A stretch of DNA of 64,000 nt from Marsupella aquatica. Taxonomy: Eukaryota; Plantae; Marchantiophyta. Below are positions 37,898-51,439 of this stretch, piece by piece. How positions within the stretch are numbered: position 1 is the first letter of the stretch; each line of letters starts with the position of its first letter. A program made the position numbers and the translations under genes. The notes under the pieces were generated by a model. That model worked only from the letters and a program-made list of their open reading frames with translations. It was not told where the DNA came from and ran no database searches. The stretch spans positions 12,175,187-12,239,186 of the forward strand of contig OZ316898.1 in assembly GCA_973895155.1 (NCBI GenBank), given 5' to 3'.

Positions 37898-40800
37898 TTC
37901 AAAAAATGTTTTTAACCCCATAACACTATATTTAATATGTACAATGCCCTCCAGTTTGCTTCGGTGAAATAAACTCCCAATTGCCCCCACTTCTTGTAAA
38001 GTACTTCTAAGACTTGTAAGTCGTGAGAACGCCTCCTTGTCCTATGTTTTGATTGTAAAAACGTGCCGTACACTTAATTGTGCTGTCAGTCCACAGAATG
38101 AATATGGAGACTGCACCTTGGATGTCATAGGAATATAGGACCGGCAACTATTGTATTGGTGCAACGTTGCTGCGCATGGGATATTCTTGATCAGATTGTG
38201 CTATATGCCGTTCACGCTGGTAAACGGCGGATAGCTGCGAATGACTATTTTATTCACAGTCGGTCTAAACTCGAAATGCTCTAAACCTTGGCTTCACAAT
38301 CAGAGTACCGAGCCAACGATGTAATAGAATTTTATACATCTAACCTAATCTGATCTTAGTCTAGAGTCTAAATGCAGGGGATCCAGCTCCACAGCCTGCA
38401 CTTACCCTCTATCGTATAAGCTTATGGGATATGTTTTACGCATTTCCCTATCTGTGCATGGATATGCTTTATGGATATATCCATATGGGCATGGTCGCAC
38501 AGCCCAATTAGTGTATGGAAATCTTCTTGGCACTTTCTCCTATGTGTTGTCAGGTCACACATATGTGACTCCGATTCTGAGACTGCATATTACAAGATCC
38601 AGGTGGATAAACGCATGAAATCAGTTTATGTAATTACCTATGCACTTATCAATAAATGCTTCTTACATAAGCATAGCAAAATACTTAGAGACTAGAATGT
38701 TGTTCATTGAGCCAGGGTGGACCTACACTTATACAGTGTGCAATTTCCAAAGGAAAGGGATGGGGCTACCTGACCGGCCTGCAGTTAACCCTGGAATGAA
38801 CTTATGCACAGTAGACTGTTGAATACCCACTCCGTCACTGGAATAAATGCTCTTTGACAAAGTCACTTTTGATGTGAATTTATCATAGGATTAGTAGTTA
38901 TTGACTCAATTTCCTGGATACTGGCATTGTCTTAAAAAAGGGCATACTAAAACCTCTTACGTAGGCAAATGTGATGATAGGTGCGAAGGAATGTACATAC
39001 TAGGAGTACACTTGATTCGAACTGTGTGGTGAAATTAACTAAGTTGAACTAATATCTAGAGATTCTTTTGTTTGGGCAATGGGCTAGACAGTAAGTTCTG
39101 GGGCCATTTTGGGGCATCACAATTACATTGAACTAAGACTAAAGTTCAGCAAACAAGTTTATCTGGTATGCGTGGTACATCCTGTGTACAGGAATGGCAA
39201 AAGCCATAGATTGTACACCTCGCAAGCCATATAGTAGTGGGTATGGCAGTGATCGAGAGAGAAGGAAGGAAGGGGAAAAAAGGTCTGAAATATTTCCATT
39301 CCCACCCCCTATTTTGAGGTTTTATCTCTTCCATTTTTTATCTTGCTGGGGCAAGTTTTTTTTTTGGTAGTTTTTTGTGCCAACGATATGAAATATATGT
39401 AAAATCAATTGAAAGCTCATCACCTGCGGCCCACAGGATCTCATGACAAGTACCTCTTGTCACCCACGGTAGTATACTCACAGACAATACAATTGCACCC
39501 GATGAGGCTGTGATTTCATCTGCTTCAAGCAATACAGACTCCTCAATTATAGATTACACATCGGAACAAGGTGGCTTGAATACGTGAACCTCCAACGTAC
39601 CACCCATTGAGTCGAGGATGGCCTAGACAACACGACAGTCTCCAGGGCTCAGAAGTGGCTGCACCATCGAGTTTAGGAGACATGCTTCGAATCCGTGAAA
39701 GACATAGCGATCTTTGAAATTTGAGAGAGAACAGTGATGGGAGGAGAATAGAATTGAAAATTGAAGTACCTATAGATCACTTGAGTCCCCTAACCTGTTC
39801 ACCGAGCGATAATTACCATATACCCATCAATTAATCCAGCACAGCAAGAAGGGACCGCAACGGGCCCACTCTGATTGGCAATTACCCACCTGGATCGGCA
39901 GCTTCCCACCAGCCGCACGCTGGGGAAGCTACGTACTGAACAGTTTGCTCTATCGTGTACAGGACAAGAAGCCTGTCTGCTCTCGTATGCAGTCGTCATT
40001 TATTCACACCAGTTGACAGAATCTTCGTTACGTATGTTAGCACATCAGCACACAGCCGTGCGAACTTCGCCATTGTGCTGGACTGCTGGTTGTTGGACGC
40101 AGTCTTTGACAACCTTCCACCTTGGATGAGTATTTTATTTTAATACCAACCACCAAGAAACCAGGAGGAATATTTTATTCTACCCAAGATCGACAATAAA
40201 TCAGGAACAGTAAACTGGGCAATGGCAACCCACTGGAGTGAATTTCGTTCCCAGGCATGATCTGGTCGTGCAGTCTTTCCGATTCGTCTAGGCCATCTTG
40301 GTTATAGAGGTCTCCAACCCTTACGCTTACTAGGTACAAGAAAGACCCTGCCAGCATTGACACATCATTATTTTAGTTCATTGGACTAACCTGGCTACTC
40401 ATGCCAAATACCTCACAATGGATAATGCTCTTACCCAGTGTGAGTGCACACGGGTCTCAGCATTGTTGAGCCTAATAAATTACATCTTGAATTGCAATCA
40501 TGGTCTTGAACCCTCTAAACTGTGATTTTGGGCGTCGTTACAGCCAAGACTACACTTTGCATCAAAAAGTCCTGTCCTAACAAAGCCCCAATACAAGCAC
40601 CTAAAAACACAATTAGTCAAACCACGCCAAAAATAGTGCTGTGGGGCCTGTATTCAAGCAATGCCCTATATTTATAGAGTTGGGGGAGGCTCAATGCTAG
40701 TGCATTGCACATATATATCATGACGAAGTGAGGCAATTCAAAGAAATATAGGTGAGGCTGTGATAAGGCAAGAAAGTCATTGAGGCCAGAATAAAAGTGT

Positions 40801-41747
40801 TATGCAGGCATGCAAGGTGACTTTTGAGCCCAATGCCCATGTTTTGCACAGCTATCAGTGTGGTTGTATATGTTGTTATTATATTTGAGGTCAGGTTGTC
40901 AGTGCAGCCGTGTTGTGGGTGTGGAAGTCAATCAATGTTGTTTCAAAGGGGTAGTCATTGCATTGGTGTGGTTGTTGCGGAAATGTTTTCACAATCACAA
41001 CATGGCTGCAACAATCATGTAGCCTATGATTCGAACCCAGCATTCAGAACATGAATTTTACCATTAAATTGACAAAATCAAGGTGCACGGATCAGGAGGC
41101 CCCGATTTATTCTTACCCAGAATTCATTCCATAAGCAGACAAGATGGCACATTCTCGTGATTACATATTAGATAGAGTAGTTACAAGGAGCTTATTAAAA
41201 TTTAATGCTCAAAAATTTGTAAGATATTTGTGGGGGATGAAAGCTGTGTTCACTTAGTACTTTAAAGAGACATCAAGCAGTATAAATTTCATGTTTCTTA
41301 CCTCAAGTGATAGATCTTTCGGAGTCCCGACACTGGCTGCTGCTGTTGCTTCTTAGAGCGCGGAGAACTGACTGTCTACACGGGGATTGGATTCATTTCA
41401 TCCTCCTTCCTTCCTTGGTCGTTGCGATCCTCGTTGCCTCCTGCCGCCTGCTTGCTGGCTGATCGAGGTGATTTCGAGTAGTAGTGTGATTTGAAAACGT
41501 GTACACCCCCAAATTCTCAACAGCTAGCAGCATCAATCGTCGTCATCCTCAGGGTTGCAAACTGACTGAACTCGGGTCACTTTCAGAATTTCTAGCTGCG
41601 GTTGATTAATTGATCGAGCAGCTGAGTGCGGCCCAAAGCTAGGCAGGCGGTGGACGACAGGTTGACTGGTGCAGGCTCGAGTCGCGCGACATGCGTTCGA
41701 CGGATCAGAACTGCAGTCAGTGGATGGAATGTCATGCTTCCCCACAT

Positions 41748-41841
41748 GGTTTTTGCGCTTGCACATTGGTCTCTTCACACACAAACATTAGCCAGGTGCG
41801 GTGTTTGTGTGAGAAGAGGCCAATGTCCAAACGTACGAAAC
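41748..41841 (+). ncRNA. FRH1: pre-miRNA hairpin C, predicted mature 41806-41826 UGUGUGAGAAGAGGCCAAUGU
   Basis: Duplex identical to copy A. Confidence 0.78.
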
Positions 41842-44800
41842 TCTTAAGTAATTCAGATGGCTTGACCCGGGGCACTGATTAAGAGTGAGCCTACGAGATT
41901 CAGTTCAAGCAGCGGTCGACCTTCCAATTTCCGGAGCTTTGTAGAATGATTGTGTGCAGCAAGACGTCGATCACAATCAACTAACCAGCCAATTAAGTTT
42001 ATGACTCAGTTCCTTTGCGCAATCATGCACTCAGGGATGAGTAAGCACCCCACTAGAATTGGAGACCACATAAGTACGAATCAGGAAAAGGGTCACTCAA
42101 GGTTTGTTGCGGCGGCAAATGGTTGTCCAGGAACAAATATATTGAAGCAGATGATTACTTCTGTGCTTATTACGCATGATCCACATGGTGTTTCCTAGAT
42201 CGACCTGAACTTATTTATGAAGGACCCAGTACAATTTACGATAATAACCTCCCCCGATCGATACTCAGAGACATCGTTTAATTTTGTTGCTTGAGTCGAG
42301 CTGCAGTGGCTGGTTCTTCAGTTGAGATTTCGAGGGTCAGATTAAAATTGTTGTAGCTAGCTAGTCTGTACCAGAGTCTGTCTCTCGAACATTTCAATTC
42401 CTGGAAACTCTCCAAACAATGTTAGTATTTTTTTACATTAAAGACCACCTTGTTTAATCCTCAGCGTCGATTATATTCGTTGTAATAATTTCTTTCAAAT
42501 CATTATTGATGTCTGGTTCTCGGGATCGAGCAAAGTCGGTCCGATCGATGCAAAGTCGAATTCAAGCTCTACTATCGCAAGCAATAGTCTTCCGATCTAA
42601 CCTTTTCGGAAAATGTCGAGTGACTAGAGTTTGAAGTCTGCTTCGTTATATCGAACAAGCTGCCCGGCAAAGATTCTCAGCATTATGAAGCGATTTGCTA
42701 CTAGGTAGCAGCTCCTATCCATAGCTCCACATCCCGCCCCACATGGGAGCACTTGGTACGTACAATATTGGTCCTCGTGAAGCATCATTCTGCCAAAGAC
42801 CACCAGCTGAATCTATTCCTTTTATGTTCAAGCTGCGCGCCTAGTACGGGTCTACGGTAGCTCCGCATTGAATCTGCAGGCTCATCATCCCCCACGTAAC
42901 TTCGATGGCCGAGAGTTGAAGCTAACTGAGTCACGATCAAATATTCATCCCATTCAAGCAACTTACATTTGGTTCTTCGGGTGTGAACTTACTGGTTCTG
43001 TCAAAAATCATCGAAGCAATTTCGAATTCACGTTAATTGTAACGCCTGAAGCACTCCGGTAATGAAATTGATAAGCCCGTGCATGTGTTTACGAAATACC
43101 GTTTCACATAGTCGTTTTCTTCTCACTTCTGTGATGAGTTCAAGGAACCGCTGATCTCTGTTGAGCTGCAGTTTTCTTTCGATACCGCTTCTTTGCGTTT
43201 CAGTGACTTTCTTAGACTTTGTGGTGAATTTGTAGAAGAAAGTCTATATATGATCAAAAGGTGAAGCAAATATGACACATGTTTTACCATCACTCCAATC
43301 ATGCCCTCACCTGGGAATTAATTTCTCCATCGATTGGAATTAAAGTCGGCTTGTGTAGTAGCAGGCCAGTCTAATCATGGAAGCGCATTCCAATCACGCG
43401 CAATCGTTCTAGGGTCTAGAAACACTAGCTAGAGCAGTGCAGTTCACTTGGGGTCTACTTAACTACTCGGAAGTTGGTCTTTCGAAAGCTAGGCGATCTA
43501 ACGCAAGTTAAACAAATCACCTCCAGTCTGAAGAGTCGAAAGGATAGGAACTGGACTCGAGGAACTCGATCCCTTGTCAAGCAGGAAACAAGGAGAAGCT
43601 TCAGTAACCTGTTCTGAGATCAGTTGACTTGATTTCATCGGGTTTGCTTTTGGGTTCAAATCCATTAATTAAAAAAAGATAATTTGTGAGGATACCACGG
43701 TCACGACGAGCTCACACATATATGTGAGGTACAGGAAGCGGTACTGTGCCTGAACACAGTACTTGTGATTTGGTAGCTAGCCTACGGTCTCCGTTTTAGA
43801 CAAGCAACAGCAGCGAATAAGAATAATAGAACATTAAGCATACCGGTACAGAACTGCTTCAAGCTAAGCGGCCGCATGACCAACGTGCGGGCCAACGGGC
43901 CATTTAATGTGGACGTTCGGTATATTTTCTTCTGTCAGTAATAGTACTGGCTTATAGAGTCTGCCAGAAATCATTTGGTGTGCTAGACGTACCTCGTCAT
44001 GACTTGGGAAGCATGGCTGCTGGTCATGGAAGTAAGGCAGGAAAGTTGGTCATGACCCAGATTTAGCTCGACCTCAATTTATTGTACAAAAACGTTTTAG
44101 CCCCGCTTCACATTTGTTTCCCACGATGCCGACTGGCCGGCTCGATCCGAGCCATGGAGAGTCGATATGATTTTGGACTTCGTTTAGTACTATACAGCCG
44201 CCGGTCGCCCCCAATCTTCAAAGCACGTACGGTACCCAGCACCAGAGTACTTTTCTCCGGAACATTCTCGCTTTGTGGACAAATTAACCAGTGACTGGCC
44301 AAATTGACAATTTACTTTTATATAATTATGCTTCGTTTCTGTTGTAAGCGCGGGTACTCTTGTCAGTTCATGGGATTCACTGTCGTCTACAGATCCAAAT
44401 GCTTTGAAGATCGATCCGAATGTCTCCAGCTTACGATATTGCTCATTCATATATGTTGAATGAATCGTGCCCTGGTATACCCAAGTTCCACTGACCGCAC
44501 TCAAATTTCATTAGACATACCATCTGTTGAGCAATGTTTAGCTCTTCTATGGAAAAATTGGATCAGAGCGAACAGTGTTCCGCATGTTATCATGACACTG
44601 ACGAAGTACTATAGCTAGAACCAAGCTGCCTACTTGTTAACCATACACCCAACCTTCGTACTTCTTAGAATTGACAGAGTATACCAAACTATCAGTAATG
44701 ATGGAGTTTTCCATTAAATGTTGCTTTGAAGGTATCAATCCAGTCCGATTATCCGGACAAATTTAATTACTTGGTGCCGCACGATGTTGGCTAGCTAGCT

Positions 44801-45987
44801 ACTTTTCGAAGGTGTCCAACAGTCTGACCTAGCAAGAGAGTCAGGCATTGAACGATTAGGTCATTCTGGAGATGGAGGGATGCCACCTAGGTGGCTGGCT
44901 TCGTAATAAGGTAAGGTGCCACTATTCCTATGCCCTGGGAAACTACCCTCGATCCAAGCTTGTGAGGGTAGTGGACCATGTAAACATAACGTGCAATCTT
45001 CCATAAAATTGCTGTCTGGCTCATTACACAGGCATCCTAAGGCACCGGGGGACCCTTGGCACCTACTGTTTACCTTCCAGAGTCAATAGAAAGTTCATCC
45101 TCCGTAGACGCTACGGACGTGCTCGTCTGGGACCCGGGGACCCTGGAGACCTAGTCCACAGCGTAGAAAGTTCGGCTGCTGGTCCGTGAATTGAAAGACA
45201 CGAGAGCAACGACCCAATCCTATTCATGCACACCATCCTGTTTGATCAATTCACGGCACCACTGCCTGCAATGCCGGCCGGCCCCAGTTGCCACCGTCAT
45301 GAATATGCAATCTGTACACAGTCACCTATGGTGTCCTGTATTTTCTCCTTCCAGTTGGTTCGTGTTCAATTGTTTGTTCCCACTCTGCAGGAGGAAAAGT
45401 GCACAACACTACAAGTCCACTCTGATCGCAATTTCGCCCTTCGCCCCGGAACGGAAAATGGAATTTATCAATCAATCACTGCCATCTTTAGTAAGCTTTG
45501 TCCCACCATGCATGATAAGTCCTTTGTCCCGGCTCATAACCATATTTTTCGGAGGATGTTCTCATGTCTGATCTGTCCCCGGCAAGGGATGCGATGGTCA
45601 AGCTCAGATCAACCTGCAATGGGCCCACTCTTACTGGCAACCCAGGACCATCATCAGCATGAAAGCTTCCCACCATGGCGGTCGCTGCGCTATCTGCCAA
45701 GCTACTTAACAGTTGGCTCTATCCTACAGAACCCTAGTGACAAGCCTGTCTGCTCCCTTGTACACTAGTCATTGCTCCCTTGTACACCCGGCTTGTACAC
45801 TAGTCATTGCTCCCTTGTACACCCGGCTTGTATACTAGTCATTCCTCCCTTGTACACTAGTCATTCATTCACCCTAGTTAATAGAATCTTCATTGCTCAC
45901 AACCGTGCACACCTCCCTTTTTGTTGGCGTCCCTGTAATCACATTAAAAATGAATACCTGCATACACATATAGAATGACACTCAATT

Positions 45988-46167
45988 ATTTCAGAGCACA
46001 ATTGGGTTTATCATGAAACTAAATAATTTCAGAGCACAATTGGGTTTATCATGAAACTAAGTAATTTCAGAGCACAATTGGGTTTATCACGAAACTAAAG
46101 AATTAAAAATAGATACATATATAGAATAACATTGAACTATTTTAGAGCACAATTTATCATGAACTAA
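45988..46167. repeat. 38-bp tandem repeat, three copies plus one degenerate
   Basis: ATTTCAGAGCACAATTGGGTTTATCATGAAACTAA repeated, in an AT-rich insertion. Confidence 0.85.
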
Positions 46168-46784
46168 TTAAAGGCTAGGCAGCAATGACGGACTCCTAAG
46201 TTGTATTTAGTCATCCGCATGGACTGTCACAGGGAAACAGCTCACTTTACACCAAATCATGACACAATCTAAGACATTTGTCATGTTTGGGCTGGCAACA
46301 CGTTGCACCTCAGTATTGGTCACAAGGGACTACCCGAGCACTAAGTTAAGCATAACTTTTGGCCCCAGATTTTATTTGAGAACAATGAGACCTCATTGCC
46401 ATCAGCATTCTGGTGCCTACATGGGCATGAGAGGGAATATCCAATAGACCTTGTCAAGCTTTGTGGTTGGGGCCAAAACATAACAAACCAAAGTTGTTTT
46501 GGGGGTGATGAGAGGTTACAGAAGCATATATGAACAAGGACATATAGCTACACCGTTCTAACACTCTGCTATTTTAACTTATTGAAAATGATGTAAACAT
46601 GATCTTATCATATCCTATTTTAGTTTATTAAAGTAATCATTTGAATTAAAGTACAGAAATGAATTTATTGTGAAAAAATAGAGGCGCATCAATCTCGGAC
46701 AGCGTGCATCATACAAGCCATAGAATTTATAAATTTATGTAATTTAAGTAATAAATATCATGTCAGCTGCCTAATGTGCGGCAC

Positions 46785-46852
46785 AAACGCTGTAGCACAG
46801 TGGTGGTTGCCTTGTGTGGGATCTGGTGGGTTGGGGGTTCCAGCCCTGCAAG
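46785..46852 (+). other. tRNA-like Pol III A/B-box remnant (SINE- or TE-derived)
   Basis: TAGCACAGTGG (46793-46803) and GGTTCCAGCCC (46836-46846) with tRNA-like spacing. No clear cloverleaf. Confidence 0.35.
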
Positions 46853-49800
46853 AAATACTTATTTTACATCAAGATTATTTTGAATGACAAAATTCTATAA
46901 GAATTGTGTAAAGGAGTATAAGTGCAAAAAAGAGAAACAAAGTATTTTGAAATAATGAAAACATATAGGGGGTCTGAGATAAATTCAAAACTGATGAAAT
47001 AACAAAGAAGACAGCTCTCATATGCCAAATTAAAATTAAAATAATGACAAAATAAAAATGAACTAGGAAGACTGAAACAAAGATTCGCATTATAGCAATG
47101 TCGGAAAAAAGCATATATGAACAAGGACACTATAATACTCACCTGGCCATCCAAAGTTTGTGATCACGTTCACGCACACTAGTGGCCCTGTGATTCACAT
47201 GAAAGCACTAGGTTGGCAACAAGTGGAAATAAGGGGAGATTGATTGGCTTCTAAAGCTCAAGTCACCCTAAGGGGAGGTGACCTTGAGCTACTCTAGTTC
47301 TACTATGCATGAAGAATCTCATCAAGGACCCGCAATATATTGATAGTTAGTTGAGCGTTCTTGGATCTGTAGCGTGAGACCGTCTCTTAGTGACACCAGA
47401 CCATAAATTGCAAAGCTAGCAACAAACGTTATAAGACGACGAATGGCTCCCTTGAGAAAGGGACTGTGCGCAATACTTACCACTTGTGAAGTTGCAAACC
47501 ATCCAATCCCCATGGACTGTGACACACCCTTTAGAGTGTCACGAGTGTCACGTGCTGATCCTCCTCCCACTCCAAGATTTTTTTATGAGCCAATTTAGAC
47601 CTTCAATTTCTCGCTTTATCTGCAATTGAGTGGGTCTTAGACATAATTATCCTCGAGACACGTGACTGTTTGAAATACATCGTTTGCTTACTACAGTTCG
47701 ACTAGTACTGAGCAGTTGTAAGGATCCGAAATAGATTCTGGCAAATTGCTCGCATGCTGAAGCTACTCAGGCTCTTGATCTCGTTGTCAACTTACATGCA
47801 CTACTATTACCCAACTAGCCAAGTAGAGATGTTCGCCGTCATAACTTCGGTGGCATTGCGAACTACATGAGTCGTGTGGGCCAGGACGGTTCTGTACTGA
47901 GCTGCAGTAATATATAATTAAGTCTGATGACTGAGCAGTATTAAGTTTGATGCCTTTGCTGCCGGAGGACTTGGGTTGGACAGGATTGACCTTGATTCTG
48001 CATTGCTAATTAATTACTGCTGCTGCTACCTTCTAGAATTGTATATTAAGGTTCCAGACCAGACCAGCTAAAGTGGCTCGCTGTTGTGGCTGTCTTGCCA
48101 TCGATCTTTTTGTTAATCCCCACAGCTACAATGACATGGCTGGAGGTCTGTGCTGTAGCGCTGTAGAATCAGCAAAATCAATATATAACCTCCTTCGGAA
48201 TCTAGTTGGATAGAATGCGCGGGTTTGGGTTCAGTCCACTATTATCAATTCAAATATATTTTAATCTTCATGAAAGTACAGCCATGTGTAGGTTATGTTA
48301 CCAGATTCGCTGCATGCCCCAGGCCTTCACTCACTGCAGGACGAACACAACCTCTTGCAGCAGCAGTTAGTCCCATTAGACCATTCTGCTGCTGGCTCTC
48401 GATGTGGTGCCATTTAGTTTGATCGTGGCTTGCTTCGTTTTGGTATTTCTGTTGAGAAATTCAAACCCCAAAAACGCCGCCGTGACCAAAGCGAGGGAGG
48501 GCAATATTTTGACGCGTTTTTGCACTGAAGATCCACCCGGGCACGAGACTTGAGTAGAAACGAAATCATGCCAACATGGGGAAAAGTGAAATTTGTCCAA
48601 TCAGAGCAGCGTATTTGGTACACATGGCATTCCAACACGGAGATTGCATTGGAAATATACACCTGCAACGTTTGGGCCTCGACTGGATGCCATGTGAATT
48701 GGTACTAGACCATGTGGGACGCACGTGATTGGAATATCTGGGATCCCACGGCTATGACTCCATAAATTCTGCTGAGTCTCTAGGCTAAGGATTTTATTAT
48801 AGTTTGTTTGTACAAACTTGCAATTTGTTCAATGGATAAGTTCTTAATTATTGATTAAGCAGGCATTCTAATAATATAATTGCATTGCAACAACTGTCTT
48901 CGTTAGTTTGCATAGGATAGCGCAAGGGCAGGAGATCATCCGGTATAATATTTAATTTGATGCTCGACGGACAAGACGACCGGGCATCCAACTGTCCTTG
49001 TGAAGGACTAACTTGTCTACCTTGGTATCTTGCAATCTTCAAGGAAGAGTTTGTTATTAAAATTTCGATGTTTTGCTGTTCGGCACTACCTCAAACATGA
49101 TGATTTCTTTTGAAATTTTTCGGTTTACCATATATGATATTTAGCTTTACAGGGCAGCTGCTATTGGTGACTGCCTCAGGCAGACATGATCAATTTCCTT
49201 GAAACTTTTCTCCTATTCTTGCAGCCGCCAAGTATTCCAGTGTTACGGAGGCAGTGTACTCTTCAATCTGAATGTGTCAATTGAGTTCCTGTTGCAGTAC
49301 TAGTTAAAGTGATCCATGAGCTCGAGTTACCAGAATGATTTGTGGTACGTCAAGTTATCCAAATGAAAGATGTCGTCCAGCGAAGCAGAATGCTGATTGG
49401 TTGGATCGAGACTTATAAATTGCCCATGATGATATTGGAGCTCCAGCCGCTGCATAAGGCTTTCGTCATCTTCATTGTCTAACGAAGAATAAGGCTCACG
49501 TCAGGTTTCCTGTGGATTGCCTGCAGTTTTCAACGATATTCCTAGTTTCTTCGCCAGATTCTGTTACAACAGTTTCGATAGAGTGATGGACGGGCTTCAT
49601 GCTCAACATTGCCAGCCGGCAGGGGATCTTCAATTAACGTCAACTTCTGCCGCCACCACAACACTAGTATTCGAATAGATGAGGACTATTCCAATCCGCG
49701 TTACTGAGGATACGTATAGGTCGCATACTTGCCAGCGAACATGTTTCAAATTAACGTACCTTGACAATCTTCAATCCACAACGCTATGACCTTTTTGCCT

Positions 49801-51439
49801 AGCCTCTTCAACTGTCCAGCTTGTTGATTGCTAAAATCACTCCCCGAACACAGTTGAATAATACATATATAACTCGGACACACATCCAAGTTGCAATAGA
49901 ACTTTAAGGGGCTTTACAGAGTGGAAGAGACAAGTAATGTCCTCCCATTTATATCCCTGTCTATCATTAATTTTGTCATACTACTGTAATTTCAACAAAT
50001 ATCACAGTTCATTTCCAAGCCAATTTTCTCGAAGAACTCAGCCATTCGTTGGAACAACGATATTGTAAGATACACCTCGGGCAATTTTGATGTACTCAGA
50101 ACATCCTGAGTGAGCAACTTTGTGTACGTGCCGTTCCAGAACGAAAGGGAAAAAGACTAATTATGATGGGACTTCGATCCTTCTAGAACTCCTCAGATAG
50201 TCGTTACTTAATGTCTACTATCTGCCCCAGCGCTAGCTAGCTTTACTCAAAACTTTTGCTCGATTTCAGAATCCCTTTATGCGGAACAGTTGTCTGAACA
50301 GTATTCATCACGTTTGAAAAAATTACCCTGCAGCAGGTCATTTTCACTTTATATAATACCTACTCTCAGGCGAAGTATATAGAGCTTGTGGGGAATCTTG
50401 TCATCTGCATAGACGTCGTCAACTAAAATGTTCCCGAAACACGCCACATTAACCTGGGAGGTAAATAAACGTGGGCCAGTAGGGTTAGATATCAACTGAA
50501 TCCTTCAGTAACTGGGAGAAATTATGAAGACCATAATGATGGACCAGAAACAGCCCCCAAAGTAACTTTGCTAGTAGGAACTTTGCAGTACACGAAGGCT
50601 ACTATCGAGGAATCCCGTGGTTCACGGAAGTGCAGTAATCTGGGAAACCATTGGACTTGACAAGCGATCGGAATTTGAACCAACTTCTAAAACCCCTCCC
50701 GTGAATTAGCTGGACAATGGTGTTATTGAGGAGAATAACGGCAGGATATGTCCGATAACAAATCTTCTGTATGATGTTTTGAGACAAAGGACACAGCGGA
50801 AAAGTTATTTTCATTTAACAGAACTACCTTCATGAGAATCGCCTCTTCTTCGTCCTATGTGGCTTGCTATATTATAATTTGACCACCATGGGCACTTGCA
50901 GTTCTTTGTCATCAGCATCATGAATTTTGAGGGCAATAACTTAAGAGCTCTCAGATGACCATTTCACCAAGAGAGACCTAAATTCGAAATTTTCCCCTTG
51001 ATTACTCCAAGAATCTTGTGCAGGGCGTGCTCCTGAGGGTCGAGCTTGCGTCACGCCATCCTGAACAGAAGCAGGTGTCGTCAATTTCTCGTCACTCAAT
51101 GGCAGCAAATTCTTAAGTTGAATGCATGCAACAAAATTGAGTTGGTCATATAACCATAAACTAATGAGCAAAACCCGGGGTAGTAATGATGAGCTAAACG
51201 CACTTTATGAAGTTTAATCAGTGGACCATCTATATTTGACCTGTCCATGTACGATTCCACTAAGACATTCTAATCATTGAATTGAGCAACGGACCTGACA
51301 GAGGTCAACCCAGAAACCTTCAGTTCCAATAAATAAAGACGTGGTGAATTTGAAAAGCTAGGAGACGAAATTAAAAGACCAAGACTGCCGTACATAGGCC
51401 CAATCAGTCTTGCCGAGACAGATTGGGCCTATGTGACCG

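Larger units (their letters stand above)
33560..40245 (+). repeat. Tandem duplication unit B (heavily deleted; non-homologous sequence at about 36.5-39.8 kb)
   Basis: 33.8-36.5 kb matches parts of 16.6-20.5 kb, and 39.85-40.24 kb matches 24.5-24.83 kb. 33.56-33.8 kb matches 54.43-54.67 kb. Confidence 0.75.

Noticed and set aside
36618-37925. Possible Harbinger-like MITE hosting the LINE (TAA-GGGG...CCCCA-TAA)
   Set aside because: The terminal match is too short to support.
46785-46852. Possible tRNA gene
   Set aside because: A/B boxes only; no acceptor or anticodon stems could be built.
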